64,000 nt of DNA from an uncultured Oscillospiraceae bacterium. GTDB lineage: Bacteria > Bacillota > Clostridia > Oscillospirales > Oscillospiraceae. The stretch lies in NCBI GenBank assembly GCA_944385795.1, contig CALWYP010000038.1, positions 5,774 to 69,773 on the forward strand, in the 5' to 3' direction. A program made the position numbers and the translations under genes. Shown piece by piece: positions 54,947 to 64,000 of this stretch; the stretch's first letter is position 1, and every line of letters starts with the position of its first letter. The notes under the pieces were generated by a model. The model saw only the letters and a program-made list of their open reading frames with translations. It had not been told where the DNA came from and ran no database searches.

Positions 54947-57898
54947 GTGCTCACACTCAAGGACATACGCAAGGACTATGTTCTAGGCGACATGACGGTG
55001 CACGCCCTGCGCGGCGTCAGCATAAGTTTCCGCGAAAACGAGTTTGTCTCTATCCTGGGCCAGTCCGGCTGCGGCAAGACGACGCTCCTGAACATAATAG
55101 GCGGCCTGGACCAGTATACGGAGGGCGACCTGGTCATAAACGGGCGCTCGACCAGGGAATATAAGGACAAGGACTGGGACACCTACCGCAACCACACCAT
55201 AGGCTTCGTCTTCCAGACCTACAACCTCATACCGCATCAGACGGTGCTCGCCAATGTGGAGCTCGCCCTGACCATTTCCGGCGTGGACAGGGCGGAGCGG
55301 CGCGAGAGGGCCGTAAAAATGCTCGAGAAGGTCGGCCTCGGCGACCAGCTCCACAAGAAGCCGAACCAGATGTCCGGCGGGCAGATGCAGCGCGTGGCGA
55401 TCGCCCGCGCGCTTATAAACGACCCGGACATACTCCTGGCCGACGAGCCCACCGGCGCGCTGGACAGCGAGACGAGCGTGCAGATAATGGAGCTGCTCAA
55501 GGAGATCGCCCGCGACAAGCTCGTGATTATGGTCACGCATAACCCGGAGCTCGCCGAGCGCTATTCGACGCGCATAGTCCGCCTGCTCGACGGCGAGATA
55601 ACCGGCGACAGCGACCCGTACAGCCCCGGGGCCGAGACGGAAAAGGGCGACAGCGGCAAGAATAAGCCGAGCATGTCCTTCGCCACGGCGCTCAGCCTCT
55701 CCTTCAACAACCTCAAGACGAAGAAGGGCCGCACCATACTCACGGCCTTCGCGGGGAGCATAGGCATTATCGGCATCGCGCTTATCCTTGCCCTCTCGCA
55801 CGGCATACAGGCCTACATCGACCAGGTGCAGGAGGACACGCTGAGCACCTATCCCCTGACCATAGAGGCCGAGGCCGCCGACCTTTCGAGCATGGTGGAG
55901 GCCATGGCCGGGGCGGCGGACGAGACGGAGGAGCACGGGCTCGACAAGGTCTACTCCAACGTCATAATGTACGACCTGATGGATAACCTCACCAACATGG
56001 ACACGGAGACCAACGACCTCGAGAGCTTCAAGGCCTTCCTGGACAAAAACGGCGGGGGCATCGGCGAATATACCAGCGCGATACAGTATATATACAACTC
56101 CAACTTCGACATATATACCCGCGACACGGACAACAGGGTGGTCGAGAGCGACGTCACCTCGCTTTTGAACGAGATTATGAGCGGGATCTACGGCGGGGAC
56201 TTCACAAGCTACTTTGAGTCCGACATGGGGAGCTTCTTCACGGGCTTCGAGACCTGGACGGAGATGCTGCCCGGCAGCGGCGGCGAGCTCATAAACGACA
56301 CGATAAAGAGCCAGTACGAGGTCGTCTACGGCTCCTGGCCGGAGAATTACGACGAGGTCGTGCTGATAGTCGACCAGAACAACGAGGTCAGCGACCTCGT
56401 GCTCTACACCCTGGGGCTCAGGAGCGAGGAGGAGCTCACCGACTCCCTGTCCGGCTACCTGGACGGCGAGGCGGCGGACATGTCCGTGCAGAGCTGGAGC
56501 TATGAGGACATCTGCTCGCGCACGTTCAAGCTCGTCGGCTATTACGACAAATACGTCTACGACGCCGAGACGGGCGGCTACACCGACGTCTCCGGCAGCA
56601 AGGCCGGGCTCGACTACCTCTATGAGAACGAGGACATAGGCGTCACGCTTAAAATAAGCGGCATAGTGCGCCAGGACCCGGACGCCGTGGCGGGCATGAT
56701 GCAGTCCGGCGCCATAGGCTACACCGCCGCGCTCACCGACTACGTCATAGAGGACGCCGCGGACAGCGACGTTATCGTCGACCAGATGGCCAACCCCGAC
56801 GTCGACGTGCTCACGGGCCTGCCCTTCCTCACCGGCGACGAGCCCGAGCCCGGCTACGGCGAGATGAAGGCCGAGGCGGAGGACTATATCGCCTCGCTCA
56901 ACACGGCGGACTCCGCGGAGCTCTACCGCGAGCTGCTCTCCACGCCGGGGGACGAATACCTCGACGCCGCGGCGGACGCGGCCGTCTCCGGCCTCACGCG
57001 GGAGGACATAGAGGAGATGATGGCCGAGGGCTACAGCGACGAGATGGGCGTGGACGCCGGCTCCATTAGCGGCTATATAGACGGCATGGACGACGAGACG
57101 CTCATGGGCTACGTCCGCGACATGATACGCGAGACGATAGCCGAGCAGTACGCCGAGGCCGTGGGCGAGCGGCTTGAGAGCCTCAGCGACGGCCAGCTCG
57201 CCATGGCCCTGGAGATGACGGAGCTCGAGGACTGGCAGTACGAGTACGTCTATAACGAGCTCATGCCGCCGCGCTATTCCGAGGGCAGCTATGAGGAGAA
57301 CCTCGACGCGCTGGGCTACGTCGACCTGGAGAGCCCGGACGCCATCAACCTCTACGCCGTCAGCTTTGAGGACAAGGACGAGATAGCGCGGATAATAGAC
57401 GAGTATAACGCCGCCGCCGGGGAGGAGCAGCAGATAAGCTACACCGACTATGTGGCCATACTCATGAGCAGCGTCTCTACCATCATTAACGCCATAAGCT
57501 ATGTGCTCATAGCCTTCGTGGCCATATCCCTCGTGGTCTCCAGCATCATGATAGGCATAATCACCTATATAAGCGTCCTCGAGCGCACGAAGGAGATAGG
57601 CATACTCCGCTCCATAGGCGCGAGCAAGCGGGACGTCTCCAACGTCTTCAACGCGGAGACGCTTATAGAGGGCCTCGCGGCGGGCGCGATGGGCATAATC
57701 GTGTCGCTTATATTAATAGTGCCGATAAACGCCATAGTCCAGCACTTCACGGGCATAGAAAGCCTGCGGGCCGTGCTGCCCTTCAGCGGGGCGGCCGCGC
57801 TGATATTGATAAGTATGCTGCTGACCTTTGTGGCGGGCCTCATCCCCTCCCGTTTCGCGGCGAACCGCGACCCGGTCGAGGCGCTGAGGACGGAATAA
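54947..57898 (+). CDS. Fused ABC transporter ATPase and FtsX/MacB-type permease with a very large acidic extracytoplasmic domain
   Basis: Walker [10 protein letters not shown], signature MSGGQMQR and Walker [15 protein letters not shown] segment, an acidic region of about 560 aa, and a C-terminal FtsX-like 3-TM block. GTG 54947 follows AGGGAG. The track start 54788 overlaps the previous gene. Confidence 0.8.
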   Translation: MLTLKDIRKDYVLGDMTVHALRGVSISFRENEFVSILGQSGCGKTTLLNIIGGLDQYTEGDLVINGRSTREYKDKDWDTYRNHTIGFVFQTYNLIPHQTVLANVELALTISGVDRAERRERAVKMLEKVGLGDQLHKKPNQMSGGQMQRVAIARALINDPDILLADEPTGALDSETSVQIMELLKEIARDKLVIMVTHNPELAERYSTRIVRLLDGEITGDSDPYSPGAETEKGDSGKNKPSMSFATALSLSFNNLKTKKGRTILTAFAGSIGIIGIALILALSHGIQAYIDQVQEDTLSTYPLTIEAEAADLSSMVEAMAGAADETEEHGLDKVYSNVIMYDLMDNLTNMDTETNDLESFKAFLDKNGGGIGEYTSAIQYIYNSNFDIYTRDTDNRVVESDVTSLLNEIMSGIYGGDFTSYFESDMGSFFTGFETWTEMLPGSGGELINDTIKSQYEVVYGSWPENYDEVVLIVDQNNEVSDLVLYTLGLRSEEELTDSLSGYLDGEAADMSVQSWSYEDICSRTFKLVGYYDKYVYDAETGGYTDVSGSKAGLDYLYENEDIGVTLKISGIVRQDPDAVAGMMQSGAIGYTAALTDYVIEDAADSDVIVDQMANPDVDVLTGLPFLTGDEPEPGYGEMKAEAEDYIASLNTADSAELYRELLSTPGDEYLDAAADAAVSGLTREDIEEMMAEGYSDEMGVDAGSISGYIDGMDDETLMGYVRDMIRETIAEQYAEAVGERLESLSDGQLAMALEMTELEDWQYEYVYNELMPPRYSEGSYEENLDALGYVDLESPDAINLYAVSFEDKDEIARIIDEYNAAAGEEQQISYTDYVAILMSSVSTIINAISYVLIAFVAISLVVSSIMIGIITYISVLERTKEIGILRSIGASKRDVSNVFNAETLIEGLAAGAMGIIVSLILIVPINAIVQHFTGIESLRAVLPFSGAAALILISMLLTFVAGLIPSRFAANRDPVEALRTE

Positions 57899-57923
57899 GG
57901 GCCGCGGGCGGCGCGGTCCGCAA

Positions 57924-57951
57924 AAGCCCCGGGAACACGTTCCCGGGGCTT
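57924..57951. terminator. Bidirectional terminator between convergent ABC genes
   Basis: AAGCCCCGGGAA-CACG-TTCCCGGGGCTT. Confidence 0.8.
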
Positions 57952-57956
57952 TACGT

Positions 57957-58559
57957 TTAAAATTCCTTGCGGTCGTAGATCCTCACGCTGATGCGGGCGC
58001 TCAGGGCGAGGGCGGCGACGCTCAAGAGAGGCAGGAGGAAGAACGCTCCGCTCAGATCGTCGGGCTCGATGCCGAAATGGGCCGCTATGAAGCCGACGGC
58101 GAGGAAGGCGACCATGTACACGGCGATGCAGATGACTCTCGCCTTGTCGGTGCCGAACTTGTACACAATCGGCAGCGTCAGGCCCAGGAGCAGCAGGGCG
58201 ATGCAGAAGCAGGCGGCGGACGCGCCTATGGCCTCCTCGAGGCTGTCGCCTATCACGAGGCACGCGCCTATGCCGAGCGCGCCCAGCGCCAGGAGGCCGA
58301 GCACGCCCAGGACATAGCGGCTGAGGGCGAGCTCCGCGCGGGTGACGGGCATGCTCATCATGTACCGCTCCACGCGGCTCTTTTCGTCAATGGAGAGCGT
58401 GGTCAGCGGCAGGAGCATGCCGTATATGACGCTGAGCGCCGTGAAGAAGAGGCCGCTTCCGTTTATAAAGCTGATCACGAACCAGACCGCAAGCACCAGC
58501 AGGAGGCTTTTCGCCTGGCCCTTGAGGCTGAGCAGGTCTTTTATGAGCAGGGCCTTCAT
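57957..58559 (-). CDS. ABC-2-type transporter permease
   Basis: 200-aa protein with 6 TM helices, translationally coupled to the ATPase upstream. Confidence 0.7.
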   Translation of the reverse strand: MKALLIKDLLSLKGQAKSLLLVLAVWFVISFINGSGLFFTALSVIYGMLLPLTTLSIDEKSRVERYMMSMPVTRAELALSRYVLGVLGLLALGALGIGACLVIGDSLEEAIGASAACFCIALLLLGLTLPIVYKFGTDKARVICIAVYMVAFLAVGFIAAHFGIEPDDLSGAFFLLPLLSVAALALSARISVRIYDRKEF

Positions 58560-59404
58560 TTTGCGTCCCCCTTGATATAGTATAGCATTATGTCCTCGAT
58601 CCCCGCGCGCTCGGTCGTGAGGGCGCCGGCCGCGCCGCGCTCCACAAGCGCCTCGCAGCCGAACTGCCCGTGCCGCACGCCGACGACGCGCCCGGCGTCA
58701 AGGGCGGCGATCTCCCTCTCCCCGCCCTTGGCGATGACGTATTTCTCAAGCAGGGCGTCCTTTTCCTCCGAAAAGATTACCCGGCCCCCGTGCAGGAAGG
58801 TGATGTAGTCGCAGGCCTTCTCCAGGTCGGAGAGTATGTGCGAGGATATCAGCACGCTGTGGCCCTCGTCCTGGATGAAGCCGAGCAGGATGTCAAGGAG
58901 CTCGTCGCGCGCCACGGGGTCGAGCCCGCTCGTGGGCTCGTCGAGCAGCAGCAGCCGCGCGCCGTGGTTGAGCGCCGCGGCGATCGAGAGCTTCATCTTC
59001 ATGCCGCGCGAGTAGTCCTTCACGCGCTGCCCGCCGTCCAGGCCGAAGCCTTCGCACATTTTGGCGAAGCCCTCCGGCTCGAAGCTCCGGTATCCGGCGG
59101 CGAGGACGCGCCCCACGTCCCGGCAGGTGAAGCTGTCGGGGAAGGGGCACTCGTCCATGACGGCGCCCAGTTCCTCGCGGAATTCCGGCTCCGCCGTCTC
59201 GGGGTCTGCGCCGAGGACGCGGAGCTCGCCGCCGGAGCGCTTCGCAAGGCCGAGCAGCAGGCGTATCGTCGTGCTCTTGCCCGCGCCGTTTTCGCCTATC
59301 AGCCCCATTATGCAGCCGGAGGGCAGCGTGAAGCTCACGTCCCTGAGCGCAAAGCGCCCGAAATCCTTCGTGAGCCCGCGCGCTTCTATAGCGTTAGTCG
59401 TCAT
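58556..59404 (-). CDS. ABC transporter ATP-binding protein
   Basis: Walker A GENGAGKST, signature YSRGMKMKL and Walker B LLLLDEPTSGLD. ATG 59404 follows GAAGGAG. The track start 59419 is a TTG inside the GntR gene. Confidence 0.85.
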   Translation of the reverse strand: MTTNAIEARGLTKDFGRFALRDVSFTLPSGCIMGLIGENGAGKSTTIRLLLGLAKRSGGELRVLGADPETAEPEFREELGAVMDECPFPDSFTCRDVGRVLAAGYRSFEPEGFAKMCEGFGLDGGQRVKDYSRGMKMKLSIAAALNHGARLLLLDEPTSGLDPVARDELLDILLGFIQDEGHSVLISSHILSDLEKACDYITFLHGGRVIFSEEKDALLEKYVIAKGGEREIAALDAGRVVGVRHGQFGCEALVERGAAGALTTERAGIEDIMLYYIKGDAK

Positions 59405-59405
59405 A

Positions 59406-59780
59406 TCAATCTCCTTCAATAATCAGCCGGAGCATTTCCATGAGCTCCGCGTCCGTCAGCCCGCACTGGGCGGCCAGGCCGCGCGCCTCGCCCAGCAGGC
59501 CCTCAATTTGCCTCAGGCGCTCCTCGCGTATGAGCTCCAGGTCCTTCCCAGCGACAAAGCTCCCCTTGCCGGGGACCGTCACGATAAAGCCCTCGCGCTC
59601 CAGTTCCTCATATGCCCGCTTGGTCGTGATGACGCTTATGCGCAGCTCCTTGGCCAGAAGCCGTATCGACGGAAGGGCGTCCCCCTCCGACAGCTCGCCT
59701 GACATTATCTTCGACTTGAGCTGCGAGCATATCTGCTCGTATATGGGCGCGCCGGCGCTGTTGCTTATGATTATTTCCAT
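59406..59780 (-). CDS. GntR-family (YtrA-subfamily, short) transcriptional regulator
   Basis: Winged-helix block PIYEQICSQLKSKIMSGELSEGDALPSIRLLAKELRISVITTKRAYEELEREGFI and a short C-terminal tail. First gene of the GntR-ABC-ABC2 operon. Confidence 0.85.
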   Translation of the reverse strand: MEIIISNSAGAPIYEQICSQLKSKIMSGELSEGDALPSIRLLAKELRISVITTKRAYEELEREGFIVTVPGKGSFVAGKDLELIREERLRQIEGLLGEARGLAAQCGLTDAELMEMLRLIIEGD

Positions 59781-59798
59781 GGATACCACCCTATATAG

Positions 59799-59819
59799 TG
59801 TGTATATCCATTATACACA
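59799..59819. promoter_or_regulatory. Candidate YtrA-type operator
   Basis: Perfect inverted repeat TGTGTATA-TCCAT-TATACACA, 19 nt upstream of the GntR start codon. Confidence 0.55.
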
Positions 59820-59883
59820 GTATGCACGGTTTGTCAAGTGGCTTGCGCAAAAAATCCCCGCCCGGCGGGCGCGAAATCCGTCC

Positions 59884-59912
59884 TTGACAAGCCCGCGGCG
59901 CTCTGATATAAT
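59884..59912 (+). promoter_or_regulatory. Consensus sigma-A promoter of the pyrC-carAB unit
   Basis: TTGACA, a 17-nt spacer, then TATAAT. Confidence 0.7.
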
Positions 59913-59970
59913 ACCACGAAATGCGGCCCGCTTCGGTGGGCTTTTAATACGCCCGAAGGGAGGCACAGGA

Positions 59971-61239
59971 ATGGAAAAGTTCGTTATAAAGGGCTGCAAC
60001 GCTTTCCTCGACGGGCGTTTTGTTCCCTCCGACGTCGAGGTTGCGGGGGATATTGTTTCCCGAGTCGAGCCCGGTATCGTTCCCGACGGCGGCGAGACTG
60101 TTTTTTATTTCAATAATTGCTTTATTGTTCCCGGCCTTGTTGATGTGCACGTCCATCTGCGAGAGCCGGGCTTTTCTTATAAAGAGACGATAGCCAGCGG
60201 CACGGCCGCCGCCGCGCGCGGGGGCTACACCGCCGTCTGCGCCATGCCGAACCTCGACCCGGTGCCGGACAGCGCGGAGCATCTGGCGGAGGAGCTGGAG
60301 GCGATAGGGCGCGGCGCGCTCATAGAGGTCTACCCCTACGGGGCGCTGACCGTGGGCGAGAAGGGCGGCGAAATGGCGGACATAGAGGGTATGCACGGCC
60401 TTGCCGTAGCCTTTTCCGACGACGGGCGCGGGGTGCAGTCGGAGGACATGATGCGCCGCTGCATGGAAGCGTGCGCCGGGACGGGCAATATCCTCGCCGC
60501 GCACTGCGAGGTGGACTCGCTTCTAAACGGCGGGTACATCCACGACGGCGCGTACGCCAGGGCGCACGGGCACCGCGGCATAAGCTCCGAGAGCGAGTGG
60601 CGGGAGGTCGAGCGCGACCTGCGCCTCGCGGAGGAGACGGGCTGCGCGCTCCATATCTGCCACGTCTCGACGAAGGAGTCCGTACAGCTCATACGCGAGG
60701 CCAAGGGGCGCGGCGTGGACGTGAGCTGCGAGACGGCGCCGCACTACCTGCTGCTCACGGAGGACGGCCTGCAGGAGGACGGGCGTTTCAAGATGAACCC
60801 GCCGCTGCGCGAAGAGGCCGACCGCGCGGCGCTTATAGAGGGCGTACTGGACGGGACGGTGGACATGATAGCCACCGACCACGCGCCGCACTCGGCGGAG
60901 GAGAAGTCGCGCGGGCTCGAGAAGTCCGCCATGGGCGTCGTGGGCCTCGAATGTGCCTTCCCGGCGCTCTATACCGGCCTGGTAGAGCCGGGGATAATAA
61001 CGCTCGAGAAGCTGATAGGGCTCATGAGCGTGAACCCGGCCCGGCGCTTCTACATCCCGGGCGGGGAGATAAAGGCTGGCGGGACGGCGAACCTGGCCGT
61101 TTTCGATACGGACGGGGAATTTGCCATCGACCCGGCGGAGTTCGCCTCCAAGGGCCGGGCGACGCCCTTCGAGGGCATGAGGGTAAAGGGCAAATGCTTA
61201 ATGACAGTTTGTGCAGGGAGGACAGTATGGAAAGCGTAA
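59971..61239 (+). CDS. pyrC: Dihydroorotase
   Basis: GLVDVHVHLREPG metal-binding motif, then later HCE, HICHVST and ATDHAPH blocks. ATG 59971 follows GGGAGG. The track ORF start 59440 is antisense to the GntR gene. Confidence 0.9.
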   Translation: MEKFVIKGCNAFLDGRFVPSDVEVAGDIVSRVEPGIVPDGGETVFYFNNCFIVPGLVDVHVHLREPGFSYKETIASGTAAAARGGYTAVCAMPNLDPVPDSAEHLAEELEAIGRGALIEVYPYGALTVGEKGGEMADIEGMHGLAVAFSDDGRGVQSEDMMRRCMEACAGTGNILAAHCEVDSLLNGGYIHDGAYARAHGHRGISSESEWREVERDLRLAEETGCALHICHVSTKESVQLIREAKGRGVDVSCETAPHYLLLTEDGLQEDGRFKMNPPLREEADRAALIEGVLDGTVDMIATDHAPHSAEEKSRGLEKSAMGVVGLECAFPALYTGLVEPGIITLEKLIGLMSVNPARRFYIPGGEIKAGGTANLAVFDTDGEFAIDPAEFASKGRATPFEGMRVKGKCLMTVCAGRTVWKA

Positions 61240-62321
61240 AGGCAAGGAAGCTCGTACTTGCGAGCGGCAGCGAATTCTACGGCGAGGGCTTCGGCGCGGA
61301 CAGGATAAGCGTCTGCGAGGTGGTGTTCAACACCTCCATGGCGGGCTATCAGGAGATCGTCTCCGACCCGTCCTACACCGACCAGGCCGTGTGCATGACC
61401 TATCCCATCATAGGCAACTACGGCATCACCGACGAGGATTACGAGACGAAGACCCCGACCATAGGCGGGCTCATCGTGCGCGACTACAACGATAACCCCT
61501 CCAACTTCCGCTATACGAAGACGCTCGGCGAGCTCATGCAGGAGTACTCCATCCCCGGCCTGGCGGGCGTGGACACCCGCCGCCTGACGCGGGAGATACG
61601 CTCCGAGGGCAGCCAGAAGGGCCTCATCTGCCCGGCGGACATGCCGAAGGCGGAGGCGATGGGCATACTGGGCGCCACGGAGCTCAGGCACGACCAGGTG
61701 AGCCGCGTGAGCTGCCATAAGCGCTGGTACTCGCGCACCAGCAACCACCGCTTCACCGTCGTCGCGCTGGACTGCGGCATAAAGCTCGGCATGGTCAAGG
61801 CGCTCAACGCCCGGGGCTGCAACGTCACGGTAGTGCCCTGGAATACGACGACGGAGGAGATCGACTTCATGAGGCCCGACGGCGTGCTGCTCTCCAACGG
61901 GCCCGGGGACCCGACGGACGTGCCGGAGGTCGTGGAGACCGTGCGCGCCCTCAAGGGCCGTTACCCCATCATGGGCATCTGCCTGGGCCACCAGATAATC
62001 GCCCTGGCCCACGGCGCGAAGACCTACAAGCTCAAGTTCGGCCACCGCGGCGGCAACCACCCCGTGCGCGAGCTCGCCACCGGGCATATAGAGATGACCA
62101 GCCAGAACCACAGCTACGCCGTCGACCCCGGCTCCCTCGCGGGCACGGGGCTCGAGATAACGCATATAAACCTGCTGGACGACACCGTAGAGGGCATGAG
62201 GAGCGCGGACGGCACGCTGTTTTCCGTCCAGTACCACCCGGAGAGCAAGCCCGGCCCGCAGGACAGCGCGCAGCTCTTCGACCGCTTCGTGAACATGCTC
62301 GCCATGAGGGAGGCCAACTGA
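61227..62321 (+). CDS. carA: Carbamoyl-phosphate synthase small (glutaminase) subunit
   Basis: [32 protein letters not shown] (catalytic Cys) and QYHPES blocks. The start overlaps the pyrC end. Confidence 0.9.
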   Translation: MESVKARKLVLASGSEFYGEGFGADRISVCEVVFNTSMAGYQEIVSDPSYTDQAVCMTYPIIGNYGITDEDYETKTPTIGGLIVRDYNDNPSNFRYTKTLGELMQEYSIPGLAGVDTRRLTREIRSEGSQKGLICPADMPKAEAMGILGATELRHDQVSRVSCHKRWYSRTSNHRFTVVALDCGIKLGMVKALNARGCNVTVVPWNTTTEEIDFMRPDGVLLSNGPGDPTDVPEVVETVRALKGRYPIMGICLGHQIIALAHGAKTYKLKFGHRGGNHPVRELATGHIEMTSQNHSYAVDPGSLAGTGLEITHINLLDDTVEGMRSADGTLFSVQYHPESKPGPQDSAQLFDRFVNMLAMREAN

Positions 62322-62322
62322 A

Positions 62323-64000
62323 ATGCCTAAGAGGACAGATATACACAAGATACTCGTCATAGGCTCCGGCCCGATCATAATAGGCCAGGCCGCGGAATTC
62401 GACTACGCCGGCACCCAGGCCTGCCTCGCGCTGCGCGAGGAGGGCTATGAGGTCGTGCTGGCCAATTCCAACCCCGCCACGATTATGACGGACACCTCCG
62501 TCGCCGACAAGGTATATATGGAGCCGCTGACCGCGGAGTACGTCGCGCGCATAATCCGCTACGAGCGGCCGGACGCGATCGTGCCCGGCATAGGCGGCCA
62601 GACCGGGCTCAACCTCGCCGTGGAGCTCCAGCGCGCCGGCGTGCTCGCCGAGTGCCGCGTCGAGGTGCTGGGTACGAAGGTCGAGAGCATAGAGCTCGCC
62701 GAGGACCGCGAGAAGTTCAAGGAGCTCTGCGAGCGCCTGGGCGAGCCCGTGCTGCCCAGCGAGACCGCCGAGACGGTCGAGGGCTGCCTCAAGGCCGCCG
62801 CGGACATAGGCTACCCTGTGGTGCTGCGCCCGGCCTTCACCCTCGGCGGCACCGGCGGCGGCTTCGCCGACGACGAGGCGGAGCTGCGCGAGCTCGCCAA
62901 GCACGCCCTCGCCGTCTCGCCCGTCCACCAGGTGCTGGTCGAGAAGAGCATCCGCGGCTACAAGGAGATAGAGTACGAGGTCATGCGCGACGCGGCCGAC
63001 ACCGCCATCGCCGTCTGCAATATGGAGAACATCGACCCCGTCGGCATCCACACGGGCGACTCCATCGTCGTCGCGCCCAGCCAGACCCTCACGAACCGGG
63101 AGTACCAGATGCTGCGCGACAGCGCGCTGAAGATAATCCGCGCCCTCGGCGTGGAGGGCGGCTGCAACGTGCAGTTCGCGCTCGACCCGGAGAGCTTCAA
63201 CTACTTCCTGATAGAGGTCAACCCCCGCGTGAGCCGCTCGTCCGCCCTCGCCAGCAAGGCCACGGGCTACCCCATAGCGCGCGTGTCCGCAAAGATAGCC
63301 GCCGGGCTGCGCCTCGACGAGATACAGCTCGCCAACACCCCCGCGAGCTTCGAGCCGACGCTCGACTACGTCGTAACCAAGATGCCGCGCTTCGCCTTCG
63401 ACAAGTTCGCCGGCGCGAGCAACAAGCTCGGCACCCAGATGAAGGCCACCGGCGAGGTCATGGCCGTGGGCCGCACGATAGAGGAGAGCCTCCTGAAGGC
63501 CGTGCGCTCGCTCGAGATAGGCGCGCGCCACCTCTACCTGCCCAAATTCCACCACATGCCGATAGACGGGCTGCTCGACTACATCAAGGACGGCACGGAC
63601 GACCGCATCTTCGCAATCGCCCAGCTCATGTGGCTCGGGGTCGACTATAACCGCATCTCCAACCTCACCGGCATCGACCTGCTCTTCCTCGACAAGATAC
63701 ACAACATCGTCGAGCTCGAGCGCGAGATAAAGGACGAGCCCGTCACGGCGGAAAACCTGCGCCGCGCCAAGCGCATGGGCTTTTCCGACGCCCACCTCGC
63801 CCACCTGTGGAAATGCACGGAGCGCGAGGTATTTGAAAAGCGCCGCGAGTACGGCATCTTCCCCGTCTACAAGATGATAGACACCTGCGCGAGCGAGTTC
63901 GAGAGCTACGTCCCCTACTTCTACTCCACCTATGAAGAGGAGAACGAGTCCGTCGTCTCCGATAAGCCCAAGGTGGTCGTCCTCGGCGCCGGGCCCATAC
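62323..64000 (+). CDS. carB: Carbamoyl-phosphate synthase large subunit, N-terminal part (continues beyond the window); not in the ORF track
   Basis: My own translation from ATG 62323 gives [57 protein letters not shown]. The frame stays open to position 64000. The long minus-strand ORF 62032..63804 is its antisense shadow. Confidence 0.9.
   Translation, partial: MPKRTDIHKILVIGSGPIIIGQAAEFDYAGTQACLALREEGYEVVLANSNPATIMTDTSVADKVYMEPLTAEYVARIIRYERPDAIVPGIGGQTGLNLAVELQRAGVLAECRVEVLGTKVESIELAEDREKFKELCERLGEPVLPSETAETVEGCLKAAADIGYPVVLRPAFTLGGTGGGFADDEAELRELAKHALAVSPVHQVLVEKSIRGYKEIEYEVMRDAADTAIAVCNMENIDPVGIHTGDSIVVAPSQTLTNREYQMLRDSALKIIRALGVEGGCNVQFALDPESFNYFLIEVNPRVSRSSALASKATGYPIARVSAKIAAGLRLDEIQLANTPASFEPTLDYVVTKMPRFAFDKFAGASNKLGTQMKATGEVMAVGRTIEESLLKAVRSLEIGARHLYLPKFHHMPIDGLLDYIKDGTDDRIFAIAQLMWLGVDYNRISNLTGIDLLFLDKIHNIVELEREIKDEPVTAENLRRAKRMGFSDAHLAHLWKCTEREVFEKRREYGIFPVYKMIDTCASEFESYVPYFYSTYEEENESVVSDKPKVVVLGAGPI

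Noticed and set aside
59790-59970. PyrR-binding attenuator upstream of pyrC
   Set aside because: The conserved PyrR loop sequence is absent and no pyrR gene is nearby. Only a small generic hairpin is present.
1-64000. Search for CRISPR arrays, transposases, integrases, prophage genes and toxin-antitoxin pairs
   Set aside because: I saw no regularly spaced direct repeats and no ORFs with recognisable recombinase, transposase or phage structural motifs. The window looks like core chromosome.

Overview
GC-rich, Gram-positive anaerobe-type chromosomal segment, probably Clostridia. Supporting traits are GGAGG ribosome-binding sites, a T-box leader, an Rnf complex, an SLH-domain surface protein, a glycyl-radical enzyme and 2-oxoacid:ferredoxin oxidoreductase. 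I call about 50 protein genes, one tRNA-Arg(ACG), one T-box riboswitch, and several consensus sigma-A promoters and hairpin terminators. I saw no transposase, integrase, phage gene or CRISPR array. Gene order: two enoate-reductase-family flavoenzymes with an MFS transporter and an SDR (1-5.3 kb); an orphan ~970-aa protein with a PLD-like motif (5.4-8.4 kb); an SLH protein, GH3 and a CBS-pyrophosphatase; a T-box-controlled tyrosine phenol-lyase-like gene (15.1-17.0 kb); an uncharacterised glycyl-radical-enzyme island (17.6-30.1 kb); GH2; rnfCDGEAB; an ECF S-component with coaX; an FMN enzyme; a MoxR/vWA pair divergent from a large Fe-S flavoprotein with hypA (40.2-46.2 kb); tRNA-Arg; VanZ; trkAH; ymdB with an sbcCD-like pair; ABC transporters; a GntR operon; and pyrC-carA-carB, with carB running off the window end and absent from the ORF track. 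The best candidates for undescribed biology are the GRE island, the Tyr T-box in front of a nominally catabolic tyrosine lyase, the orphan PLD-like giant protein, and the MoxR/vWA plus flavoprotein-HypA module. All functional calls come from motif reading of the supplied translations and from memory of the families. No database search was run. Many long ORFs in the track are antisense shadow ORFs typical of high-GC DNA and were rejected.
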